Origin: Chloroflexota bacterium
Lineage (GTDB): Bacteria > Chloroflexota > Dehalococcoidia > SM23-28-2 > RBG-16-64-32
DNA length: 64,000 nt
Assembly (NCBI GenBank): GCA_037441345.1
Contig: JBBISJ010000001.1
Coordinates: 67,660-131,659, forward strand
Direction: 5' to 3'
A program made the translations under genes and the position numbers. The notes beneath the pieces were generated by a model that searched no databases, had not been told where the DNA came from, and worked only from the letters and a program-made list of their open reading frames with translations. The first letter of the stretch is position 1. Every line of letters starts with the position of its first letter. Below, piece after piece: positions 18,901 through 30,558 of the stretch.

Positions 18901-20444
18901 GGCGTCACCGTGGGCGTGGCGTCCAGTTTCAGGTACGGCGGCGCCTGGGGGATCGTGCTGGCGGAAAAGGTGACGTAGATTCCCTCGGGCGGGAGTTTCT
19001 CGCCGGCGGCAACCATCAGTTTCCATTCGCCAGTCTCCGGGTAGGACACGATGTACCGGATCGACCCGTCTTCCGTCTCGCGCTTGATGCCCGGTGCGGG
19101 GGTCTTCAACAGCTTCCGGTCCGGGTCCACGATGCTCGCGCGCACGGGCATCACTTCTGCTTCCACCCGGTCGCTGGTGCGGCGGTCTCGCCAGCGGATC
19201 TGGAGTACCGCCTGGTCCTGGTCGGCCGGTATCTTGAACGGCAGTGAGAGCTTTTCGCCGGGCTTCAGCGGGAACGTGGTGCAGAGCCCCGGAGGGTCGC
19301 CGCTCAGGATGGTGCGGACGCGGAGGAACTCGCAGTACAGGTTGTCGATATCGGCCAGGCGGTGGAACTCCCCGCCTGTCCGCGCCGCGATGCGCCGCAG
19401 CAGATACGAATTGGCGACACCGGTGGAGTACGAGAAGACCGGGATGCCGGCCTCCTGGAGACATTCCTCCGCCGCCACCATCGGGCCGACGTTGTGACGG
19501 CCGTCGCTCACCAGGATCGCTGCCTTGGTGGGCGCCTTGCCGTGCGTCAGCAGCTCTGCGCAGCCCGTGACCAGCCCGAGGCGCAGGTTCGTGCGGCCCG
19601 ATGCGCGCGGATCGTCCACCGCGTCGGCAAGTTCCGGGTCCAGGGCCCCTTCCAACACCGACGCGCGCAGGTCCGTCCGGACCGTCGCCTTCGAATTGAA
19701 CTCGATGACGGACACGCGGTCGTCCGCGCGGCTCGCCTGGAGCAGCGCCATCCCGACGTCGCTCGCCGACTGCCCCGGCGCTGCGGTGTCCTTGTGCGAG
19801 GTGTCGATGATCAACGCCAGGTCGGCGGGCGTTGACGGCGAACTCTGCCCCTGGCGGGGGGAGTTGGAGACGATACGTCCCTGCAGCGGGCAGGACGTTT
19901 GCTCGTTCCGGCGAAGGCAGCCGTCCTCGCCGACACGCCACCCGCCCAGGTTAAGCCCCACGATGCTGGGGCTGGCGCCGTTGCGCAGGGTGTAGAAATG
20001 CAGATGCGGAGCTTCGGACCAGCAGCCGTATAACCCCCATCCGTCAGGGCAGCACCCGGGTGATCCCAGCGGGTCGCCTGCATTCACGGTGTCGCCTGTG
20101 CTTACCAGGCGGTTTTCAACGTGCATGTAGCCCGTCGAAAAGCCATTTCCGTGGTCGATCTCGATCGTATTGGGTTTGACGTAGACCCGGCCCGGCGCTG
20201 CCGCCACGATCTTGAACGACGAGTGGAACAGGTCGCACGGCTTCGCGATCGCATCGGGCGGCTGAAAATCGAGGCCGTTGAGGTTGGCGTGCGGTCCCTG
20301 GTTGTACGTCCAGAGCGTGCCGCCCTCCCATGGCAGCCACAGGTTGATCGGTTGATCAGCCTCCGCCTTGCCGGTGCTCGAAAGGAAAAGCAGCACCGTG
20401 GCGAGCGCGAGCAGCGGGGCGGCCGACAGCAGTCGCTTCATCAT
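18474..20444 (-). CDS. secreted multidomain protein: signal peptide, M23 (LytM) peptidase domain, vWA-like domain, Pro/Thr-rich C-terminal tail
   Basis: signal peptide MMKRLLSAAPLLALATVLL; M23 motifs IDHGNGFSTGYMHVE and APHLHFY; vWA-like LIIDTS…ILVSDGRHN; C-terminal PTPEPTPTP low complexity. Confidence 0.7.
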   Translation of the reverse strand: MMKRLLSAAPLLALATVLLFLSSTGKAEADQPINLWLPWEGGTLWTYNQGPHANLNGLDFQPPDAIAKPCDLFHSSFKIVAAAPGRVYVKPNTIEIDHGNGFSTGYMHVENRLVSTGDTVNAGDPLGSPGCCPDGWGLYGCWSEAPHLHFYTLRNGASPSIVGLNLGGWRVGEDGCLRRNEQTSCPLQGRIVSNSPRQGQSSPSTPADLALIIDTSHKDTAAPGQSASDVGMALLQASRADDRVSVIEFNSKATVRTDLRASVLEGALDPELADAVDDPRASGRTNLRLGLVTGCAELLTHGKAPTKAAILVSDGRHNVGPMVAAEECLQEAGIPVFSYSTGVANSYLLRRIAARTGGEFHRLADIDNLYCEFLRVRTILSGDPPGLCTTFPLKPGEKLSLPFKIPADQDQAVLQIRWRDRRTSDRVEAEVMPVRASIVDPDRKLLKTPAPGIKRETEDGSIRYIVSYPETGEWKLMVAAGEKLPPEGIYVTFSASTIPQAPPYLKLDATPTVTPVVGPGDGPCMVAPRGSPSNTPTPSGSPSAEPTETATPAVSETPTDTATPPPEPTPTGSLATPTASAAPEATLPPCARPSATPAGETPAPSPQDTPTPEPAGTESPAPTDTATPAPTETPTETPPPDTPAPDTPTPEPTPTP

Positions 20445-20636
20445 GGTTTGCCGGGACGGGGTAATGCGGGGACGGGCGTTGATGGGTAGATTAGCCAGAT
20501 TTTTGGGGCTAAGTCAAGGCGACGGGTTATCGGGGGATATCGGGATTATCCGCCCGGGTGGGTGGCGCGCTCATGATCGGCGCCGGGTGGCTCACCGCCA
20601 GACGCCACGCCCGGTAATCCAGTTTCTCGAGAGAAG

Positions 20637-20663
20637 GAAACGGGGCGGATTATCCGCCCCGTT
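20637..20663. promoter_or_regulatory. perfect 27-nt palindrome AAACGGGGCGGATTATCCGCCCCGTTT in divergent aspS / M23 intergenic region
   Basis: perfect inverted repeat centred on T; core GGATTATCC recurs at 20543-20555. Confidence 0.4.
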
Positions 20664-20728
20664 TCTGCGTGCCTGAACCGGACACGTCGACTCTCGACCC
20701 CCAACCCTCGACCCCATACACTCTCCTC

Positions 20729-22543
20729 ATGCTCAAAGACCGTTCCTGCGGCGAACTGCGCGCTTCGGACGAAGGGGCATCCGTCACGCTCGCCGGATGG
20801 GTGCACCGACGCCGCGACCACGGTGGCCTCATCTTCATCGACCTGCGTGACCACACCGGCCTCGTGCAGGTCGTGTTCAACCCCAGGGAGGCAGCGGACG
20901 CCCACACGGTCGCTGAGCAGTTCCGCGGGGAGTATGTCGTGCAGGTGAAGGGCGCTGTCGCGAAGCGGCGTCCTGGTACGGAGAACGCGGACCTGGCCAC
21001 GGGCGAAATCGAAATAAAGGCCATGGAGGCGCGGGTACTGAACCCGGCGAAGACACCGCCCTTCTACATAACCGAGGACACGGAGGTGGAGGAGTTGCTG
21101 CGCCTCCGCTACCGGTACCTCGATCTCCGGCGGGACGGAATGCACGCCAACATTGTGATGCGCGCCCGCATGAACCAGCTGATCCGCGACTTCATGGCAG
21201 GCCGCGGTTTCATCGAAATCGAAACGCCCATCCTCACGGCGCCGACGCCGGAGGGCGCGCGCGACTACGTCGTTCCCAGCCGCGTCAACCCCGGGCGCTT
21301 CTACGCGCTGCCGCAGAGCCCGCAGCAGATGAAGCAGATCCTGATGGTCGCGGGGTTCGAGCGGTACTACCAGATCGCCCGCTGCTTTCGCGACGAGGAC
21401 GTGCGGGCAGACCGCCAGCCGGAGTTCACGCAGCTTGACATCGAGATCAGCTTTGCGGAGGAAGAAGACCTCCTGGAGCTGATGGAATCCCTCTACACCA
21501 AGATGTTCCGGGAGCTGCGTCCGGACCTGGAACTGGTGACGCCGTTTCCGCGGCTCACGTATGAAGAGGCGATGCGCCGCTGGGGAAGCGATAAGCCGGA
21601 CCTGAGGTTTGGCATGGAGCTTGTCACCTTCAACGAGGCCCTGGAGGAGTCGGAGTTCCAGGTGTTCCGCAACGTCATCGGTTCCGGCGGCGTCATCCGC
21701 GGCCTCACCGTGCCCGGTGGCGCGGAGATGAGCCGCAAGCAGGTCGACGATCTGACGACGTTCGTACAGCAGTACGGGGCGCGCGGCCTGGTCTCCATGC
21801 AACTCACCGGCGAAGGCGATATCGGATCGCTCACCACGGATGACGTCAAGTCTCCGGTCGCGAAGTTCTTCTTGGCCGAGCAAGTCCGGGAGATGGCGCG
21901 GATGGCCGGGGCGAAACGCGGCGACATGCTCCTCATGGTCGCGGACAGGCTGGATGCGGCCAACAAGACGCTGGACGCGCTCAGGCGGGAACTCGGTCGG
22001 CGGCTGAATCTCATCGACGACTCGGTACGGCACTTCGCCTTCGTGACAAACTTCCCGCTGTTTGAGTGGAGCGCGGAGGACGAGCGCTGGTACTCCGTCA
22101 CGCATCCGTTCACGGCCGCACTTCCGGCCGAGGAGCACCTGCTGGACACCGACCCCGGCGCAATCCACAGCCGCTCGTACGACCTGATCTGCAACGGCTG
22201 GGAGCTGGGCGGCGGCAGCATCCGTATCCACGGCAGGGAGATGCAGTCGAAGGTCTTCGGAATCCTCGGCATCGGCGAAGAGGAGGCCCAGCGCAAGTTC
22301 GGCCACATGCTGGAGGCGTTCGAGTTTGGCGCCCCGCCCCACGGTGGCACGGCGATGGGGATGGACCGCACTGCGGCCCTCCTTGTCGGCACGGATGACA
22401 TCCGTGACGTCATGGCGTTCCCCAAGACCAAGTCCGCGTCCGACCCGATGACCGGCGCGCCGGCTCGGGTCAGCGGCGATCAGCTGGATGAGCTGCACAT
22501 CGAGGTGGGGGACGTCGAGGACGTGGGGGAGGGGGAAGATTGA
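20729..22543 (+). CDS. aspS: aspartate--tRNA ligase
   Basis: collinear with E. coli AspS from MLKDRSCGELR…; class II motifs (FRDEDLRADRQPEFTQLD, GGGSIRIH, GLDRT); start at ATG 20729 by N-terminal alignment. Confidence 0.9.
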   Translation: MLKDRSCGELRASDEGASVTLAGWVHRRRDHGGLIFIDLRDHTGLVQVVFNPREAADAHTVAEQFRGEYVVQVKGAVAKRRPGTENADLATGEIEIKAMEARVLNPAKTPPFYITEDTEVEELLRLRYRYLDLRRDGMHANIVMRARMNQLIRDFMAGRGFIEIETPILTAPTPEGARDYVVPSRVNPGRFYALPQSPQQMKQILMVAGFERYYQIARCFRDEDVRADRQPEFTQLDIEISFAEEEDLLELMESLYTKMFRELRPDLELVTPFPRLTYEEAMRRWGSDKPDLRFGMELVTFNEALEESEFQVFRNVIGSGGVIRGLTVPGGAEMSRKQVDDLTTFVQQYGARGLVSMQLTGEGDIGSLTTDDVKSPVAKFFLAEQVREMARMAGAKRGDMLLMVADRLDAANKTLDALRRELGRRLNLIDDSVRHFAFVTNFPLFEWSAEDERWYSVTHPFTAALPAEEHLLDTDPGAIHSRSYDLICNGWELGGGSIRIHGREMQSKVFGILGIGEEEAQRKFGHMLEAFEFGAPPHGGTAMGMDRTAALLVGTDDIRDVMAFPKTKSASDPMTGAPARVSGDQLDELHIEVGDVEDVGEGED

Positions 22544-22899
22544 CGCGCGGGTGCTCGTCCGCTCATCCTGGGCCCGTCGAAGGACCGTCCGCGGAGCGGA
22601 CTGCACGGACTGAGCTCGCCGAAGTCCTTCCGGGGGTCAAGGCTTCCTCGTAGGTAGTTACCCTTGATAAGCGCTTCCTTCTTCGTGCGTGACCATCCCT
22701 TCAACTGCCGCTCTCGCGCGAAGGCCTGTTCCCTGTCGGGGAAGTCCTCCACGTACGCCAGCCTGAGCGGACGGCGCTCTCTGGTGCAACCGTCATATTC
22801 GCCCGCTTTGTGCTGCGCCTGGCGGCAGTCAATGTCGTCGGTGTGGCCGGCGTAGTATGAACCGTCCCGGCACCTCAGCAGATAGACGTAGAACGTCAT
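22480..22899 (-). CDS. GIY-YIG domain nuclease family protein
   Basis: FYVYLLRCRDGSYYAGHTDDIDCRQAQH; 3' end overlaps aspS 3' end (convergent); upstream ATTGTAGGG element shared with other GIY-YIG genes. Confidence 0.7.
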   Translation of the reverse strand: MTFYVYLLRCRDGSYYAGHTDDIDCRQAQHKAGEYDGCTRERRPLRLAYVEDFPDREQAFARERQLKGWSRTKKEALIKGNYLRGSLDPRKDFGELSPCSPLRGRSFDGPRMSGRAPARQSSPSPTSSTSPTSMCSSSS

Positions 22900-23122
22900 G
22901 GCCCCCTCCTCCTGTGGCTGGTCGCAGCTTCGGCAGGCTCAGCTGATTGTAGGGGCGTCCTTCGACAGGCTCAGGATGAGCGGAGTGGAACGCGACGCGC
23001 AACGAATCCCCGATTGCCCCGTCTATAACTGTGGTTCGCGGACGCAATTGCCTGTCCCGCCGCCGTTAAATATGATTCAGCAAACTATCGGCGCACCCCG
23101 CGCGTTCTCTAGGTAGGCACGA

Positions 23123-24796
23123 ATGGAATCCCGCAGACTCGTTTACGTACTCACAGGCATTGCCGTGGCGCTCATCCTGGTGCTTGGCGGACTCACCCTT
23201 ATCGTTGTAGCCGGCGGCGGCGATGACGACGACGGCGGTTCATCTGCCCAGAACGGCGACGACGAGTCGCCCGGCCCCGACCTGGGCGAGCGCGTCCAGG
23301 GCGAACTGCGGTTGTTCGGGCCTGACCCCCTGTCTATCGACCCCGCATGCGCTTCTGACGCCGGTTCCGCGGAGTACATTGTAGAGATCTTCTCCGGGCT
23401 GGTGTCCTTCGACCGCGACCTCAAGGTAATCCCCGACATTGCCGAGAAATGGGATGTCAGTCCGGACGGGAAGGTGTACACCTTCCATCTGCGCACGAAT
23501 GTCACCTTCCATGACAACTCACGACGCGTCACGGCCGACGACTTCAAATTCTCGATGGAGCGCGCGCTGAACCCGAGCACCCAGTCCACCGTGGCGGAGG
23601 TGTACCTGGACGATATCGTCGGGGTCGACGACTTCATCAACGGCGACGCGGAGGAAGTCACCGGCATCAAGGTGGTCAATCCTGACACCCTGGAGCTGAC
23701 GATCAACGAGCCGAGCGAAGTCTTTATCGAGAAGCTCACCTATCCGACCGCCTACGTCGTGGACTCACGCGAAGTAGGCGACTCGACTTGCTTCGAGGGC
23801 AACTGGACCCTGACGCCGAACGGCACCGGGCCGTTCAAGCTGGCGGACTGGGAGCTGGGTACAAAGATCGTCCTGGAGCCAAACGAGAACTTCTACCTGG
23901 ACCCGAAGCCTTCGCTGGCCAGGGTTACGTACATCCTCTCCGGCGGTTCATCGTTCACCATGTACGAGAACGACGAGGTGGACCTCACGGGCGTCGGCAT
24001 CAACAACATCGAGAGCGTCCGCGAAACCAGCAACCCGCTGAACGCGGAGTACCATCAGTCACCGTCGCTGGATGTCTTCTACATCGGCTTCAACGTCAAC
24101 CGGCCGCCGTTCGACGACCCGGACGTCCGCAAGGCGCTCAACATGGCGGTGGACAAGGAGTTCCTGGCCAACGAGTTCCTGATGAAGCTGGCGTCGCCGG
24201 CCAAAGGAATCCTGCCGCCCGGCATGCCCGGCTATAACGAGGACCTGGATGCGCCCGAATTCGACAAGGACGCGGCGAGCGAGCTGCTGGATTCCACCGG
24301 GAAGAAGGACGAACTGGACGGCCTCAAGATCCTGACCTCGGGCCAGGGGGCGGCGCCTTCGGACATCCTGCAGGCGGTCGTCGCTATGTGGGAGGAGAAC
24401 CTGGGCATCACGATCGAGATCGAGCAGGAGGACTTTGGCCTCTTCCTCCGCGACCTGGACGAAGGCAACTTCGACCTGTTCTCGCTCGGCTGGATCGCGG
24501 ACTACCCGGACCCGCAGAACTTCCTCGACATCAAGTTCCACTCAGACAGCGCGAACAACGAGACCGGCTACTCGAACGCGGAGGTCGATGACCTGCTGGA
24601 ACAGGCGCGCGCCGAGAAGGACGAGGCGAAGCGGTTGGAGCTGTACGGGCAGGCGGAGGAGCTGATCGCCAACGACGCCCCCTGGGTGCCTCTGTACCAC
24701 GGCACCAACAGCTACCTGGTGAAGCCGTACGTGGAGGGGTACGATGTGCCCGCGTTTGTCCTTCCCAACCTGCGCTACGTAACGATCAAAGAGTAG
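23123..24796 (+). CDS. ABC transporter substrate-binding protein, family 5 (peptide/nickel type)
   Basis: N-terminal TM/signal anchor, SBP_bac_5 signature regions. Confidence 0.85.
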   Translation: MESRRLVYVLTGIAVALILVLGGLTLIVVAGGGDDDDGGSSAQNGDDESPGPDLGERVQGELRLFGPDPLSIDPACASDAGSAEYIVEIFSGLVSFDRDLKVIPDIAEKWDVSPDGKVYTFHLRTNVTFHDNSRRVTADDFKFSMERALNPSTQSTVAEVYLDDIVGVDDFINGDAEEVTGIKVVNPDTLELTINEPSEVFIEKLTYPTAYVVDSREVGDSTCFEGNWTLTPNGTGPFKLADWELGTKIVLEPNENFYLDPKPSLARVTYILSGGSSFTMYENDEVDLTGVGINNIESVRETSNPLNAEYHQSPSLDVFYIGFNVNRPPFDDPDVRKALNMAVDKEFLANEFLMKLASPAKGILPPGMPGYNEDLDAPEFDKDAASELLDSTGKKDELDGLKILTSGQGAAPSDILQAVVAMWEENLGITIEIEQEDFGLFLRDLDEGNFDLFSLGWIADYPDPQNFLDIKFHSDSANNETGYSNAEVDDLLEQARAEKDEAKRLELYGQAEELIANDAPWVPLYHGTNSYLVKPYVEGYDVPAFVLPNLRYVTIKE

Positions 24797-24805
24797 GCCT
24801 GTCCC

Positions 24806-25786
24806 ATGCCCTCGGGCCTGGCATCCTATATCATCCGGCGCCTGGCGGTGATTCCGCTGGTCTTGCTGGTCGTCTCATTCGTTACGTTCTCCCTCGGCCG
24901 CTTCGCGCCCAGCGACTACGTTGAACTCCAGGCGGGCCCCCGCGCCAAGCCGGAGACCATCGAGCGTATCCGGGAGGATCGCGGCTTGAATGATCCGGTG
25001 TACGAGCAGTATGTGCGGTACCTGGGGAACTTCCTCACGGGTGATTTCGGCACCAGCACGAAGTACCGGTTGCCGGTCGAAGACGTGATTCTGCCGAAGC
25101 TCTGGATCACGGTTCAGCTCAATGTTGTGGTCGTGATCATCAGCTGGCTGATCGCCCTGCCCATTGGCACATGGGCGGCGCTGAGGCGAGGCACATGGCT
25201 GGACCCGCTCACCATCGGGCTCTTCCTTGTCCCCGCATCGATCCCGGTGCTTGTCGCGACGCCGATCATCCAGTGGTTGCTGGTGGTGAAGCTGTCGCTG
25301 CTGCCCAGCGGCGGCTGGTCGGACGCCGAGTACTTCGGGATTGAACTCGGCATCTTCTCGAAGCGGGCGATAATGCCCGTCCTGATCATGGCGGTGCCTT
25401 CCATCGCCGGCATCGCACGCTACATGCGGACGCAGGTGATCGATGTGCTGGACCAGGACTTCGTCCGGACGGCGAAGGCCAAAGGACTGGCGGCCAACGT
25501 TGTTGTGGTGCGCCACGTCATCCGGAACGCGATGCTGCCCATCATCACCCTGTTCGGGTTTGAGCTGGCGGCGCTGACCGCAGGATCGATCTTCGTGGAG
25601 ACACTGCTGGGTATTCCCGGCATCGGGCAGTTTGCGTTTGAGGCCGTCAACACCCGCGACTATGACGTGATCATGGCCGTAGTCATGCTGGGATCGGTGA
25701 TGTTTATGACGGCGATGCTGATCGTGGACGTCGCGTACGGATTTATTGACCCGCGCGTCCGCCTTGGCGAGGGGTTGAAGGAGTGA
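24806..25786 (+). CDS. ABC transporter permease (DppB/OppB-like)
   Basis: 6 TM, EAA-type loop …AKGL…. Confidence 0.85.
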   Translation: MPSGLASYIIRRLAVIPLVLLVVSFVTFSLGRFAPSDYVELQAGPRAKPETIERIREDRGLNDPVYEQYVRYLGNFLTGDFGTSTKYRLPVEDVILPKLWITVQLNVVVVIISWLIALPIGTWAALRRGTWLDPLTIGLFLVPASIPVLVATPIIQWLLVVKLSLLPSGGWSDAEYFGIELGIFSKRAIMPVLIMAVPSIAGIARYMRTQVIDVLDQDFVRTAKAKGLAANVVVVRHVIRNAMLPIITLFGFELAALTAGSIFVETLLGIPGIGQFAFEAVNTRDYDVIMAVVMLGSVMFMTAMLIVDVAYGFIDPRVRLGEGLKE

Positions 25787-26742
25787 GCACGTTCGAGAGC
25801 GTCGCCCAGGCGCCTTTCGCCCCTGCGGCGTCGGGTGTGCCGAGGCTGCTGCGGCGGATCATCACGCGGCCGGTGGCTGTCGGCGCGATCATGGTTATCG
25901 TCGCGATCTACATGGCAGGCATACTCGCTCCCCTGATCGCTCCGCACGGGTTTAACGAGACGGACCTGATGCACGGAAACGAAGGGCCCTCGTCAGCGCA
26001 TCTCCTGGGGACCGATCGATTGGGCCACGACCTGCTGTCGCGCTCGATCTGGTCGGCGCAGACGACAGTGATCATCTCGGTCGCCACCCTGATCAACGGT
26101 GGCCTGATCATGGGCGTCTCGCTCGGTCTGCTCGCCGGGTACCGGCGGGGGACGACTGACTTCGCCATCATGCGGCTCGGCGACATCTTTCATTCGGTGC
26201 CCACGATCCTCCTCCTGCTCATCATCAACGCCTCGCTGCGCGACCGGGTGGAACTGTGGGCGGAACAGATCAGCGATTTCACGGGAATTGGCTGGATCGG
26301 CGAGTCCGGGATGGCCAGCTACTTCCTCGTATTCGGCACGCTGTCGTTGTTCGGCTGGGTCGGCATCGCGCGCCTGGTCCGGTCACAGGTCCTTGCCCTC
26401 AGGGAGTCGCAGTATGTGATCTCCGCGCGGGCGTCTGGCGCTTCCACGGGGCGCATCCTGTTCCGCCACCTCCTGCCCAACGTCAGCAACCTCTTGATCG
26501 TGGCGCTGACGATATCGCTCGGAGGCGTGGCTGCCGCCGAGGTGGGGCTTTCGTTCCTCGGTATCGGTATCCAGGACCGGCCGACGTTTGGGCTGATGAT
26601 CGCGGAGGCCGTGGGACTCCAGAACGTCCGCGAGCACACTCACCTGATCCTGGTGCCGGGGGCCGTCATCGTCGCGCTGGTGCTCTCCTTCAATCTCCTG
26701 GGGGACCAGTTGACGGACATCCTCTCGCCCCGCCGCCGGTAG
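25783..26742 (+). CDS. ABC transporter permease (DppC/OppC-like)
   Basis: overlapping start with upstream permease; BPD_transp_1 topology. Confidence 0.85.
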   Translation: MSTFESVAQAPFAPAASGVPRLLRRIITRPVAVGAIMVIVAIYMAGILAPLIAPHGFNETDLMHGNEGPSSAHLLGTDRLGHDLLSRSIWSAQTTVIISVATLINGGLIMGVSLGLLAGYRRGTTDFAIMRLGDIFHSVPTILLLLIINASLRDRVELWAEQISDFTGIGWIGESGMASYFLVFGTLSLFGWVGIARLVRSQVLALRESQYVISARASGASTGRILFRHLLPNVSNLLIVALTISLGGVAAAEVGLSFLGIGIQDRPTFGLMIAEAVGLQNVREHTHLILVPGAVIVALVLSFNLLGDQLTDILSPRRR

Positions 26743-26789
26743 GCCGCCTGGCCATATAATACCCCCCTGCTATGGAGGGGCGACTCGAA

Positions 26790-27031
26790 CCCGCAGATCC
26801 CGTGTACCCCCGCGAACGCGTATCAGTGAGGATGAGTACCGCGACTGTGGCCTCGCGGCGCTGATTTTCGAGAGATTTGCTGACGAAGAGGTGTTCGCCA
26901 GACGCCGCTGTGCGGAAGCGGTGGTCGCGCCGAGTCCGCACAGCCTGCGGGCGATCCACGTGTACGAAAAGGCGGGATTCCAGTACCTGAAGACCGTGTG
27001 GGTGCGCAGGGACAGGCGCACGAGCATTTGA
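26790..27031 (+). pseudogene. remnant of GNAT acetyltransferase C-terminus (gene fragment)
   Basis: frame encodes …HSLRAIHVYEKAGFQYLKTVWVRRDRRTSI* resembling GNAT C-terminal motif but no N-terminal part or start; coordinates approximate. Confidence 0.3.
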
Positions 27032-27122
27032 TGGTGAAGCGGGCGCCCGCCCCCGGCTGACCGCTCGCCCGAGGTGCCACCGGCGTCGTTCCTCAACGTA
27101 CCCCCGTGCTACACTGAATTGC

Positions 27123-28499
27123 GTGAAGGTCTCGACCCAACAACTGCCTGAGAGCCAGGTCCTCCTCGAGATCGAAGTCGACTCCGAACAGCTCGAAAAG
27201 TCGATGGACCGCGCCTACCGCAAACTGGCGCAGCGAGTTGATGTTCCCGGCTTCCGTAAGGGCAAGACCCCGCGCAACATGCTGGAACGGCACGTCGGGC
27301 GCGGCCGCATCCTCGAGGAAGCGATCGATATCGCCGTCCCCGAGGCCTACAACAAGGCCCTTTTAGACCACGACATCGACGCCATCGGCCAGCCGCAGAT
27401 AGAACTGACCAGCGCCGAGCCGCTCGCCTTCAAGGCCACCGTGCCGATCCGGCCGACCGTGGAACTGGGCGATTACTCGTCGATCCGGGTGCCGCGCGAA
27501 GCGGTTGAGGTGGACGAAGGCGACGTGGACAAGACCATCGACGAGCTGCGGCGCCGCTACGCCGTGCACGAGCCGGTAGAACGCGCGGTGCAGGTGAACG
27601 ACATCATCCGCGCAGACGTACGGATCCTCGTGGACGAGAAAGAGGTCTACAAGGACGACGACGCCGAGTTGCACCTGCGCGAGGGCAAGACAGTGCTGCT
27701 GCCGGGTTTCGTCGAGGGTGTCGCCGGCGCGAAAAAGGGCACGCCAACGCAGGTGACGGTCACGGTCCCCGAGGATGCCGGCGGTTCCCTGGCCGGGAAG
27801 ACCGCGACTGTTGAAATCACCATCAAGGAAGTGAAGGAAGAGCGTCTGCCGGACCCGGACGACGACTTCGCCCAGCAGGTGGGCGAAGGGTTTGCCGGAA
27901 TCGAAGCGTTGAAGGAGCGTCTCCGCGGCGATATCCGCGAGCGCGCCGAAGGCATGGCCGAAGAGAAGTACCGCGAGGACGCGCTTACCGCGCTCGTCGA
28001 GAATGCCGCGAAGATCGAGTTCCCGCCCGTCCTGGTGGACCGGGAAATCGACCACTTCCTGCATGACCAGGCGCGCAACTCCGGCATGGACCTCGAACGC
28101 TACCTCCAGCTCGTCGGCAAGACCCCGGAAGCAGTCCGGGAGGAGTTGACGCCGAGCGCCACGCAGCGCGTCCGGCGTTCGCTGGCGCTGAGTGAGCTGG
28201 CCGAACAGGAGAAGATCGAGGTGGACGACGCTGACATCGGCGCCGAGATCGACAGCATGGTTGCGCAGGCGTCCGGCGGAAACGAAGAGCAGGCGCAGCA
28301 GTACCGGCAGCTGTTCCAGTCGCCTGAGGCGCGGGCCTCGGTGGGCCGGTCGCTGCTGACTCGCAAGACGATGGAGCGGCTGGTGGAGATCGCCGGCCAG
28401 GCGGACGGAGCGGCATCGCCAACGAAGGCAGGCGCCCGGCCGTCTAACAAGAAGGTGAAGTCCGGCGCGAAAGCCGGCAAGGGTAAGGAGGAGAAGTGA
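27123..28499 (+). CDS. tig: trigger factor
   Basis: GTG start; N-terminal ribosome-binding GFRKGK motif, PPIase middle domain. Confidence 0.9.
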   Translation: MKVSTQQLPESQVLLEIEVDSEQLEKSMDRAYRKLAQRVDVPGFRKGKTPRNMLERHVGRGRILEEAIDIAVPEAYNKALLDHDIDAIGQPQIELTSAEPLAFKATVPIRPTVELGDYSSIRVPREAVEVDEGDVDKTIDELRRRYAVHEPVERAVQVNDIIRADVRILVDEKEVYKDDDAELHLREGKTVLLPGFVEGVAGAKKGTPTQVTVTVPEDAGGSLAGKTATVEITIKEVKEERLPDPDDDFAQQVGEGFAGIEALKERLRGDIRERAEGMAEEKYREDALTALVENAAKIEFPPVLVDREIDHFLHDQARNSGMDLERYLQLVGKTPEAVREELTPSATQRVRRSLALSELAEQEKIEVDDADIGAEIDSMVAQASGGNEEQAQQYRQLFQSPEARASVGRSLLTRKTMERLVEIAGQADGAASPTKAGARPSNKKVKSGAKAGKGKEEK

Positions 28500-29143
28500 G
28501 CCCCGACACTAAGAACATCATCCCCTATGTCATCGAGACCAGCGCCCGCGGCGAGCGCGCATTCGATATCTTCTCGCTGCTGCTGAAGGAGCGCATCGTC
28601 TTCCTCGGCACGCCGATAGACGACCAGATCGCCAACGTCATCATCGCGCAGCTCCTGTACCTGGACCGCGAAGACCCGGACAAGGATGTCAACCTGTACA
28701 TCCACTCGCCCGGTGGCGTGGTCAGCGCCGGGCTGGCAATCTACGACACGATGCAGCTGATGCGATGTGACGTCGCCACCATCTGCGTCGGCAGTTGCGC
28801 GAGCATGGGTACGGTTCTCCTGGCGGCGGGTACGAAGGGCAAGCGATACGCCCTTCCCAACAGCACCATCCACATCCACCAGGCGATCATCCGCGGCGTC
28901 GGCGGCCAGGCAAGCGATGTCGAGATCCACGCCCGCGAAGTCCTGCGCCAGAACCAGCTGATCCGCGAGATCCTGGCGAAGCACACCGGCCAGCCGATCG
29001 AAACTATCATCCGCGACACGGACCGCGACTTCTTCATGGACGCGCCGTCCGCCAGGGAATACGGCCTTATCGATGAAATCCTGCAGTCCGCAAGCGTGGA
29101 AAAAGAGGCGGCCGCATCTGCCAAGGACGGCGCAAAGGGGTAA
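28496..29143 (+). CDS. clpP: ATP-dependent Clp protease proteolytic subunit
   Basis: Ser-His-Asp triad context (GSCASMGT, …HQ…), tig-clpP-clpX synteny. Confidence 0.9.
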   Translation: MSPDTKNIIPYVIETSARGERAFDIFSLLLKERIVFLGTPIDDQIANVIIAQLLYLDREDPDKDVNLYIHSPGGVVSAGLAIYDTMQLMRCDVATICVGSCASMGTVLLAAGTKGKRYALPNSTIHIHQAIIRGVGGQASDVEIHAREVLRQNQLIREILAKHTGQPIETIIRDTDRDFFMDAPSAREYGLIDEILQSASVEKEAAASAKDGAKG

Positions 29144-29172
29144 ACTTGTATACATCGGGCAGGGAAGCGTAG

Positions 29173-30471
<1,299 letters not shown>

Positions 30472-30518
30472 GCGCAAGTAGCCAGTAGCAAGGAGCCAGC
30501 ACCCAGGTTTGGTTCGCA

Positions 30519-30548
30519 TTGCTCCCTGCGAGTGCGCGTTGATACACT
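30519..30548 (+). promoter_or_regulatory. candidate sigma70-type promoter for tRNA-Met
   Basis: -35 TTGCTC (30519-24), 18-nt spacer, -10 TACACT (30543-48), 10 nt before tRNA 5' end. Confidence 0.3.
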
Positions 30549-30558
30549 CGATTCCCGT

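Noticed and set aside
20445-20728. T-box riboswitch for aspS
   Set aside because: GGGTGGCTCACCGCC only loosely matches AGGGTGGNACCGCG; no specifier or antiterminator arrangement could be built; kept only as a palindrome/operator observation.
30549-30557. GATTCCCGT 9-mer shared between tRNA-Met upstream region and the 41-nt elements of the tRNA-Val locus
   Set aside because: A single 9-mer match is expected by chance in a 64-kb GC-rich window and the positions relative to the tRNA 5' ends differ.
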